A stretch of 64,000 bases of DNA from Octopus vulgaris. Taxonomy: Eukaryota. Position numbers and translations under genes: made by a program. The stretch covers positions 9,858,001-9,922,000 of the forward strand of contig OX597836.1 of the NCBI GenBank assembly GCA_951406725.2, read 5' to 3'. Every line of letters begins with the position of its first letter. Within the stretch, counting starts at the first letter, position 1. Below, one piece after another: positions 53,266-64,000 of this stretch. The notes under the pieces were generated by a model. The model was given only the letters and a program-made list of their open reading frames with translations. It was not told the origin of the DNA and did no database searches.

Positions 53266-53502
53266 CAGTGCTTTTCAAACTTTTTGCTGGAGCGGAACCC
53301 CAAGGAAACATTCCACTGGCTCGGGGAACCCCTGTGCAATAATTTAATAGTCTTATGCACACATATCTGCACAGGAGACTTAAAAATTACTGCCGATTTT
53401 AGCAGTTTTGTAACTTCTTGCGGAACCCCTGGACTGTACTGGCGGAACCTTAAGGTTCCGCGGAACCCTAAGGTTCCGCGGAACCCTGGTTGAAAACCAC
53501 TG
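53266..53502. mobile_element. hAT (Charlie-like) MITE with 8-bp TSD
   Basis: TIRs cagtgcttttcaa / ttgaaaaccactg; perfect TSD CCATAAAC (53258-65 and 53503-10); internal gcggaacc/ggttccgc palindromic repeats. Confidence 0.88.
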
Positions 53503-55094
53503 CCATAAACACTTTCACTTTATGAGAATGAAGGACAACTCAGAATACAGATACCTAAAGGGGGAGGGGGAGGGAGGGAGAGGGGGAGAGAGAGAGAGAC
53601 AGAGGCATGTGTAATGGAATGTTTACTACCTACGCTCAGCTAGGAGTATACAATGTCAATGTTTGCAGCTTAGCTATGAGTGATGTCGCTGCTGTTTGTA
53701 GCTGGGCTGCTTACATGTGATTTTTACTCTTACTCTCTCTCTTTTACTTGTTTCAGTAATTTGGCTGCGGCCATGATGGAGCACCGCTTTTAATCGAGCA
53801 ACTCGACCCCCGGGACTTATTCTTTTGTAAGCCCAGTACTTATTCTATCGGTCACTTTTGCCGAACCGCTAAGTAACGGGGACATAAACACACCAGCATC
53901 GTTTGTCAAGCAATACTAAGGGGACAAACACAGACACATAAACACACACACGCATATATATATATATATATATACGATGGGCTTCTTTCAGTTTCCATCT
54001 ACCAAATCCACTCACAAGGCTTTGGTCAGCCTGAGGCTATAGTAGAAGACACTTGCCCAAGGTGCCACGCAGTGGGACTGAACCCAGAACCATGTGGTTC
54101 ATAAACAAGCTACTTACCACACAGCCATCAAAAGAAATCATCCATTAGCTCTGCACTTTCAAATTCCTCAAGAATGAAAAAAAAAAATAACAAAAATCCC
54201 TCATATGAAAAACAGTTAAGTGTTTGTGACAGGAAGAGCATCCAACTGCACAAATCGTAGATCAGAATTTTACTTCCTGTCACTTTTCCGAAGCAAGCAT
54301 GGGAAAAATAGACAATCAAAATGAATTAACGAACAAACAAACGAAGATGATTACAGCAGAGGTACAACTGGTGATTGCAAACAGCAGAACTAATTAGCCA
54401 ATTAGAGGGAACATTATTAACGAAAAATTTTTCTACAACTGTGTTGAAAACCAAATTTAAATTGAAAATAGCTAATTAAAACCAAACAATCCTTTTACAT
54501 GAGTACACGAATAATTAAGAATAATATTTTTCTGTTTGTATTTTCCTTCATTTAATTCAATGTAATTAACAATACATTGTTAAATCTTTGTGTTGTTTAT
54601 TAACTAACAATGTGTGATTACATATTTTGTTTATCCATACTCATCATGTTTACATTGCTTTTTTTTATACTTACTTGTCAACATTTCCAATTTACAATAA
54701 GGTAGTGCACTTGCGGAACCGTCAGCACTTCAAGCAATGTGCTTAGTGGCATTTTATCTGTCTTTACTTTCTGAATTCAAATTCTGTTGAGATCGACTTT
54801 GCTTTTTGTCCTTTTAGGGTTGATAAGATAACTACCAGTTGGTATTTAGGGGGTGAGGTTCAATGTAATCAACTAGCTACTGCCCCCAAAATTTCAAGCT
54901 TTGAGCCTATAGTAAAAAGGAGCATTATTATTATGCTACTAGTATTAATAATAATGATAACGATCATTTCTACTATAGGCTCAAAGCTGGAAATGTGCGG
55001 GGTAGTAGCTAGTTGATTACATTGACCCCTACCCACCAATGACCAACTGGTAGTTATTTTATCAACCCTGAAAGGATTATTAATACTAGTAGCA

Positions 55095-55440
55095 GTAAAG
55101 GTGCATGGGTCAGTGGTTAGAGCATCGAGTTTATAATTGTGAGGTTGTGAGTTCAATTCCCGGACCAGTTTGCGTGTTGTGTTCTTGAGCAAGACACTTT
55201 ATTTCACGTTGCTCCAGTTAACTCAGCTGTAGAAATGAGTTGCAACGTCACTGGAGCCAAGCTGTATCGGCCCCTTTGCCTTTCCCTTGGATAACACTGG
55301 TGGCATGGAGAGGGGATGCCAGTATGCATGGGCGACTGCTGGTCTTCCATAAAACCTTGCCCAGACTTGTGCCCTGAAGGGAGACTTTCTAGGAGCAATC
55401 CAATGGTCATTCATGACTAAAGGGGTCACCTTCACCCTTC
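55095..55440 (+). mobile_element. tRNA/CORE-type SINE family F
   Basis: Head catgggtcagtggttagagc...gagttcaattccc, CORE-like gtgttcttgagcaagacacttt; reverse copies at ~7350-7570, 31325-31620 and 35865-36195. Confidence 0.75.
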
Positions 55441-56250
55441 TATTAGCAGTAGTAAGGTAACGAGCAGGCCACATGGAAGATCTCCATGATGATGGGAAGA
55501 CAATCTGGTTAAGCAATTTGGGCCAAGATGGAAAAGAATGGCCCAATCAAGATAGAACTGGAAGCACATTGTGGCTAGTGGTGTATAACAGCATCCAATG
55601 GCCTGGTATAACAGCATCCGGTGCCCCAGGGTTATAGTAAAAGACATTTGCCTAAGGTGCTGCACAGTGGGACTGAACTCAAAACCACATGGTTGCAAAG
55701 CGAACTTCTAAACCACACAGCCACATCTGTGAAATGCGGTAGATAAATGGCCCAGTCATTTATCTCCTATATTTTATTTTCCAGGCTTCTTAAATTACAC
55801 TTCTTCAATAATGGCTAAACCAATTTCTTTGGCTCCGTAATATAATGATTCATAGTTGCCGTCTTACAACCATTAAATTTCTCTTTTCATTTGAAGAACA
55901 CAGCCAGGCTAAAACAGTCATTAAAGAAGACGCAAACAGCAATAGATGTCTTGTCTATAGTTTTGACACGACATAGCTCTACCTCAGTGAAAAACAAAAT
56001 GTCACATTCCGACTGCATACAACGAAACAGGCTCATTAAACTAATTAAAGTGTTCAAGTAAAACTACTCCATCATTTCCGCAAGTTCAACATTGAAATTT
56101 ATAGCAGAAGAACATTATTGATGTTCCAATGCAATTTCTTATCTTCAGATGCAATGTTAAGGCAGTCTGCTTAATATCCTGCCATGTCTCACAGAGCTAG
56201 CATTTACAGCTTTGTTACTTTCTATCACAGCAAAGAAGGGGCTATGGGGT

Positions 56251-56292
<42 letters not shown>

Positions 56293-56303
56293 ATATGTCT
56301 ATA

Positions 56304-56698
56304 AGGCGGCGGGCTGGCAGAAACGTTAGCACGCCGGGCGAAATGCTTAGCCATATTTCGTCTGCTGCTATGTTCTGAGTTCAAATTCCGCCAAGGTCGA
56401 CTTAGCCTTTCATCCTTTCAGGGTCGATTAAATAAATACCAGTTACACACTGGGGTCAATATAATCGACTTAATCCATTTGTCTGTCCTTGTTGGTCCAA
56501 TCTGTGTTTAGTCCCTTGTGGGTAGTAAAGAAAAATTGGTATTTTGTCTGCCGCTATGTTCTGAGTTCAAATTCCCCCGAGGTCGACTTAGCCTTTCATC
56601 CTTTCGGGGTTGATTAAATAAGTACCAGTTACGAACTTAATCAGTCTGTCCTTGTTTGTCCCCTCTATGTTTAGCCCCTTGTGGGCAATAAAGAAATA
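56304..56698 (+). mobile_element. SINE family A dimer
   Basis: ggcggcgggctggcagaaacgttagc head followed by two bodies. Confidence 0.8.
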
Positions 56699-57312
56699 AG
56701 AGTATATATGTCTCTCTAACCAACTTATTCAATCTACTAGAAATAGCAGGCAAATCTCCCTTAACACTTTTGTTATCATATTTCAGTTGAAATACTTCTT
56801 TTGTTTCAATTAATTTAGAAAATAATGAAGAATTTAGGCATGGCTGTATGGTAAGAAGTTTCCTTCCCAACCACAAGGCTCCAGGTTCAGTCCCCATTAC
56901 GTGACACCTTCGTCAAGTATCTTCTACAATGGCTTCAGACTGACCAAAGCCTTGTGAGTGGATTTGGTAGGTGGAAACTGAAAGAAGCTTGTGTGTGTGT
57001 GTATGTATGTTTGTCCCCCATCACTGCTTGACAACTGGTTTGTTTAAGTCCCTTGTAACTTAGCAGTTCAGCAAAAGAAAGCAACAGAATAAATACCATG
57101 CTTAAAAAAGAAAAAAAAGTATAGGGGCGTAGGAGTGGCTGTGTGGTAAGTAGCTTGCTTACAAACAACATGGTTCCGGGTTCAGTCCGACTGCGTGGCA
57201 TCTTGGGCAAGTGTCTTCCACTATAGCCTCGGGCTGACCAAAGCCTTGTGAGTGGATTTGGTAGACGGAAACTGAAAGAAGCTTGTCGTATATATGTATG
57301 TGTATATATGTA

Positions 57313-57355
<43 letters not shown>

Positions 57356-59140
57356 ATGCATGTGTGTGTATATGTTTGTGAGTCTGTGTTTGTCCCCCCC
57401 CTCCTAGAATAAGTACTAGGCTTACAAAGAATAAGTTCTGGGGTCGATTTGCTTGACTAAAGGCAGTGCTCCAGCATGGCCACAGTCAAATGACCGAAAC
57501 AAGTAAAGAGTAAAAGAGGGTCAATTCCTTCGATTAAAAACTCTTCAAGGCAGGGTCCCAGCATGGGATACAGTCAAATCACTGAAACAAGAAAGCAGAT
57601 CTACTAAATTCACTCAAAAGGAATAAGGAATTTCTCAGCTGGGGACTATAGTAGAAAGACACCGCCCAAGGTCCCATGCAGTTGAAACGAACCCAAAACC
57701 ATAGGATTAGAAACAAGCTTCTTAACCAGCCAACCACGCCTTCACACACACACACACACACCATCCATCCATTCCCAAACTCGGCAATAACTATCATGTT
57801 AGAAGATGCAAGAATTTGTAATAAGAATCGGTAGCAGTTCAATAAGTCTAATGAAAATATGCACCACATTAAAAACCGAATGTTATTTTCTGATTATAAT
57901 CCTCTCATCTGTCTCGTTATAATGAGAAACATCATTAGCATATTTTGTAATTAGGTTATGATTTTATGATATGCGAAAGTTCGACAAATACAGAATTTTG
58001 AAATGGTAAACAAGAAGTAAAAAGAACCAAAGTGACTTTGAAAAGAACTGACAAGAAATGTTTATACGAATAGATTGGCCATAATAAGTCAATTTTATTT
58101 ATTGGAAGTGAAAGAAATATGAAAGCCACAACCATTTATAGAGAATAAATATTTTGTTTTACATGCTTTTATAAGTTCATGTCACCCACCAAAATAGAAT
58201 TTATTTTAATTAAGTTAAAATATAAGCAGAAAAATAAAAAAACATGGAATTGTAAATTTTGCTTCTTTCAGATGTCAAGAATAGTTAAATCTTAAAACGG
58301 TGCTGCTATATCTGAATAAATAAATAAAAAGAGAAAAATGGTAGTGAGAAATAATAATTCTGATGCCATAACAAAAGAAATGGAAAATTCCCGGTGAAGA
58401 TGAAAGAAAGAAAAAAAGAATAGTTTTGAAATCAGAAGATAAAATTGAAGATCATGTCGAAATTGATGAAAACACATGTCAAAAATTCTTGGAATAGATT
58501 TTCTGCAGAGACAAAGAATAAAGCATCAAAGAATATTTATAACAAAGGAAGTTTTGAGTTTTTCTTTCATAAATCCATCATCATCGTTTTAACATCTACT
58601 TTTCCATGCCTGCATGGGTTAGATAAGAATATGTCAAAGAATGTTCTACAGCCAAATAACCTTCCTGTTATCTATAGTTGGATGCCCTTCTTGTCCCCAA
58701 CTCTCACCTGTTTCGAAATGAGGTAATATTTCCCCATGACCAGACATGTTTTCATGGAAGATTTGAAATGCACGACACTGCTTGTATGACAGGGACACTC
58801 ATTTACAACTGCCACATGATGTCAAGGGAGGTAATCCTTTGGTTACAATAATACGAGCATTCCGATTGATACGGTCACTGGAACAGTCAGCTTGTGAAAT
58901 TAATGTGCAAACACTGGCGTAGCTGTGGGGGAAGGGGTCCACTGGGGCAGCACTCTTAGCGCTGCTGTAAGCAGTATGTGCTTTTTGTGGGGTCCGGGGT
59001 CGGCAAACGGAAAGGTGCTGGTGTCTCAAATTTAGGTTAAATCAATGTTTCTCAAAGTTGTTTTGAGAAAATTTGGTTTAAATGTTTGAAAACTCAGCAC
59101 AGTCCATTGGACGAAGGGGCGTTTTGCTTGTATATATGTA

Positions 59141-59197
<57 letters not shown>

Positions 59198-62100
59198 GCA
59201 GCAGGCTTCTTTCACTTTCTATTTACCAAATTCAGTCACAAAACTTTGGACAACCTCAAGCTATAGTAAAAGACAACTGCCAAAGGTGCCACACAGTGGG
59301 ACTGAACCCAAAACCACATGGTTGGGAAACAAACTTCTAAACCACACAGCCATGCCAGCACCTATTCAAATTATATTTGCAAAATATGGAACATACCACC
59401 AGTAATTATTAGAAAATCTCAAAATTTCAAATAATAAATAAAAGAATATATACCAGATACCTTTCTTACTGATGCAGAAATATTAATTCCCAAAACCTGA
59501 AGATCTGCATTTACCAGCCACCTTGCACAGTCAAACCTTTGGCACTACCATTGACAGACAGAGCTAAAAGTTATTCCACATACATGCATCTTCATAATCA
59601 TTTCATTATATTTGCCAAAGTACACAGATTTATAAATATCTGAGAGTTCTTGGAACACTTTCTGGGCATCCACCCAATGTTCTTAGAATACTTTGTCGGT
59701 GCATTCCCGATGCCAGAAGAATGGAATTGAATTTAAGAATGTAAAATGATGATGGTAATGGTGTACAGGTATGGCTAAGAAGTTCACTTTGCAACCACAA
59801 GGCTTGGAGTTCATTCCCATCTTCTTTAGTCTAGAGTCAATAAATCTTTGAGTGGATTTTGTAGATGGAACCTGAAGACTATTGTGTGTGTATGTGTGTG
59901 TGTGGGGGGTGGGGTGCAGTTTAGTGCTTGCTCAGAAATAGGTGAGGGTTGGTGATAGGAAGAGCATCCAGCTGTAGAAAATCTGAATCAATGAATTTCG
60001 TATGGTCCATGAAAGAGTGGACATTAAAATGAAGATAATAAATAAATTCATCAGCAAATATTATCAGAAACAGGTGCAAGCATGATATGTGGCTAAAAAG
60101 CTCATTTGCAGTCGTTTGGTTTCTGGTTCAATCCCACAGCGTGGCAGCTTGGGCAAGTGTCCACTTATAGCCTCCCCCCCCAAATGCACCCTTTTTAAAG
60201 CCTAGTCAGGCTCATGGGCTCGGTTTCCCGGGTTCTATGGCGTATGTGTTCCCCAGCTGGACGGGACACCAGTCCATCATAGTGTTATTTTTGCCTACTG
60301 AGTGGACTGGAGCAACATGAAATGAAGTGTTTTGCTCAAGAACACAACGCGTCGTCCAGTCCAGGAATCGAAACCACAATCTTACGATCATGATGCTGAC
60401 ACCCTAACCACTAAGCCACGCGCCTTCACCCACTTATAGCCTCAGGCCAACCAATGTCTTGTGAGTGTATTTGGTAAACGGAAACTGTGTGGAAGCCTGT
60501 TGCATATAAATCATGTGATTGACCAGACTATCAGATGTTGTTGTACATTGCTGGTCACAATGCGCTTTGCATCATTTTAGCTTTCGAATGATGCCACCCC
60601 ACTGGATAGGTGAGCAGGCGAACATTCACCCCACCTCACCACTCATCAGAAGGCTATTCCATCACAGGGTTACCCATTTACACCTGAGTGGAATGGCGCA
60701 ATGTGAAATGAAGTCTTCTGCCCAAGAACACAACATGCTGCTTCATCCAGGAATTGAACTTATGATCTGATGATTGTGAGTTCAACATCGTAGCCACTAG
60801 GCCATATGCTTTTGTCATACTGTGTGTGCATGCACGCATGTGTCTGTGTTCTTCACCTACTTGGCAACCAGTGTTGGTTTGTTTATCTCCCTGTAACTTT
60901 GCAGTTTGGCAAAGAGACCAATCAAAGAAGCACTAAAGTTTTGGCTTGAGGAGACCTATTTAGTCAAGTACATCAACATCAAAAAATCAAATGGAAATTG
61001 TAGTTGTGATACCTGTGCCGGTGGCATGTAAAAAGCACCAACCGATCGTGGCCATTTTCAGGGTCGATTAAATAAGTACCAGTTATGCACTGAGGTTGAT
61101 GTAATCAACTTAATCCCTTCCCCCAAATTTGAGGCCTTGTGCTTCCTGTAGAAAGGATTATTATTATTATTATTATTATTATTATCATTATTATTACTAC
61201 TACTACTAAAGTGGTTGATATTAGGAAAGGCATCCAACTGTAGAAACACCAGATCCGACTGGAGCCCGGTGCAGCCTCCTGGCTTCCCAGACCCCGGTCG
61301 AACCGTCCAACCCGTGCTAGTATGGAAAATGGACATTAAACAATGATGATGAGTACTGGAATCGATCTGTTCGACTAAAATCCCTCAAGGTAGCGCTCCA
61401 GCATGGCCACCGTCCAGTGACCGAAACAAGTAAAAGATAAAAATATAAATTTAATTATCTTTTTATCCATAATTATTTCCGTAGAACAAAGTAATGTCTG
61501 CTTTAATTCTATGGCATTCCAGCACATTCTGATTCAATTATGGCAAATGACTGGAATAGGTAATATTCTTGCATTTTATTTCAGGAGTTCCACAAGGGAA
61601 TTGTCTTTGGATAGATTTCCTCAGATGGCTATCTTTCCTGAGAAGGAATATTTTAATATAGACCAAACAGATGTGTTAACTCTTTTAGTAATACGTTTCT
61701 AGTGAAATACACAGCCTTTGCTTCGATTAATTTTGATAATTATGAAGAATTTAGTGACAACTTGCCATTATTTAGCTGATGTTTAGAATGTAACTTAACA
61801 TGAAATTTTGATGGAAGGTTAATTTAGATCACTTCAAACCCTTTTTGTTACCATATTTCTTGGCAATTTTAGCAATGTGTTTTGTCCAATGCAAATCGCT
61901 GTCAACAATAATGCCCAGGTCACTACACCTCTCTTTGGGCAAGTGTCTTCTACTATAGCCCTGGACCAAACAAATCCTTGAGAGTTAATCTGGTAAACAG
62001 AAACTAAAAGAAGACCATTGTATAGTTATACGTGTGCATGTGTCTTTGTGTTTGTCCGTCAGCACTGCTTGAAGACCAATGTTAGTTTATGTCTTTGAAA

Positions 62101-62489
62101 CTTGGTGGTTCACCGGAAGAAAAAATGATGAAATAAATATATCATTCTCTAGCTCAAAAACAGAGACATCACAACATCAGCAAAATGAATTTGCACACAG
62201 GAGAAAAGCATCTGAAAATTTCACTTAAAGAAAAAGAAGTCTTTGGGGGTCAAACAGTTCGACTAAAACTCTTCAAGGCAGTGCCACAGCCTTGCCACAG
62301 TCCAATGACTGAAACAAGAGAGAATGGTATATTCTAAGACCAATTTTATAGAATATTTATAGCTAAAATATAGCAAGAAATTTAGGACATCTCTGAGTAT
62401 TATGAAAATATATTGGTTCTGATTTATAACATACAAAGGCAGCACTGGAAAGAAAATTTAAAGGTTAGAAATACATCATTAATTATCTA

Positions 62490-62518
62490 CGCATAGACAC
62501 GCACATACATACATACAT

Positions 62519-62567
<49 letters not shown>

Positions 62568-63072
62568 TATATATATATCTACATATATATATACATACAC
62601 ACACACATATATATATATCTACATATATATATACATACACACACACATATATATATATACATATATATATATACACACACACATATATATATATACATAT
62701 ATATATATACACACACATATATATATCTACATATATATATATATACACACACATATATATATACATATATATACACACTCACACACATATATATATACAT
62801 AATATACATATACACACACACACACATATATATATACATAACATACATATACATACACATATATATATACACATACACACATATAGATATATATATATAT
62901 AAATATACATACAAGTATATACATACCACACATACCAGTACACATACATACAAGTATAGATATATACATACATATACACACACATATATGCATACAAGTA
63001 CAGACATATACATACATAAATACAGGCACTCTCACACATGCACACACACACTTTATACGCGCCTACATATAC

Positions 63073-63106
<34 letters not shown>
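62490..63106. repeat. Compound (TA)/(CA) microsatellite
   Basis: Directly visible; similar tracts at ~18070-18290, 27400-27800 and 52116-52260 (GATA-rich). Confidence 0.95.
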
Positions 63107-63593
63107 CAGAGCTTTACTGTTATCAGAGTAATATATCGTTACTAAGTCTAAGAAGCAGCCACAGATGCCAAACCAAAGAGAAGATAGCATATTCTAATGC
63201 AAGCCTAAGCTCCAAAAAGGCAGCAAGAATCAATGATATCGAACATTTTATTGATTCTTTACATTTCGTCTTATTCCACTTCCTTGCTATTTCTCATTCC
63301 TCCGTATCCCTCCACCAAACATGTGTTTGTACAACAACAACAACACGGCACCAGATTTGTCTGTCTCCAGTGACTGAGTTCACAAAAGCATTATAAACAG
63401 AATTCGAAAAAAAAAAAAAAAAAAAGAGAAAATAAAAAGGGAAAAACATGATAAAAAAAAATGGAAAAATAAAAAATAAAAAATACCCAGGTAGCAGGAA
63501 AGAAAAATACCTCAGAGAATGAAGACGGAAAAATAAATTAAATTAAAACTTGACAAGAAACTTCTAGAGAGATAGAAAGAAGAAAAGGGAGCC

Positions 63594-63632
<39 letters not shown>

Positions 63633-63893
63633 GGGAGACATTGATTAACCATTGGTTTGTGTTCAATTTAATATGCAAATATTTGTGGAAGTGGGAGGAA
63701 AGGAAATCTATTTATAGAAAATAGATAAATAATATAAAATTTTGAAAAAACCCCAACTTTTGTAATGAAATGTAGGAAATGGTTTAGCAGAAAGGAAGAT
63801 AATGGCTGGAAATTATTCAATAAAATTTTAAAATATATTCTGTAGGAGAGGAATATTAGATATTTTAGGCAATTTTCAGTAATTGTTCCGAAA

Positions 63894-63927
<34 letters not shown>

Positions 63928-64000
63928 CATACATACATATATACACATATATGCATACACACACATATACATACCAACATACATATACATACATACCTAC

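Noticed and set aside
59480-59506. 27-nt minus-strand micro-exon (VLGINISAS)
   Set aside because: Poor polypyrimidine tract; expected by chance in 64 kb.

Overview
AT-rich, microsatellite-dense eukaryotic DNA. The repeat inventory (several tRNA-derived SINE families with CORE- and Meta-like domains, RTE and CR1 LINE relics, Penelope, Helitron, hAT and TTAA MITEs) looks like a coleoid cephalopod (Octopus-like) genome; this is inferred from repeat style only. Almost all ORFs in the supplied track are microsatellite or SINE artefacts. The window is most likely intron of a large minus-strand gene, with one well-supported 96-nt coding exon (10743-10838) and a few weak exon candidates. No prokaryotic features (CRISPR, operons, rRNA) are present. 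The most notable structures are: (1) a Penelope-like relic with an inverted terminal repeat whose two arms both end in a hammerhead-ribozyme-like motif; (2) a separate structured ~240-bp insert with a hammerhead-like core; (3) a SINE that recurs as head-to-tail multimers with the same palindromic junction at about six loci; (4) a chimeric repeat junction copied 57 kb apart; (5) several long fold-back hairpins that could form dsRNA. I found no clear evidence of a new protein-coding system. All coordinates and alignments were read by eye; SINE boundaries are approximate and only representative SINE copies are listed.
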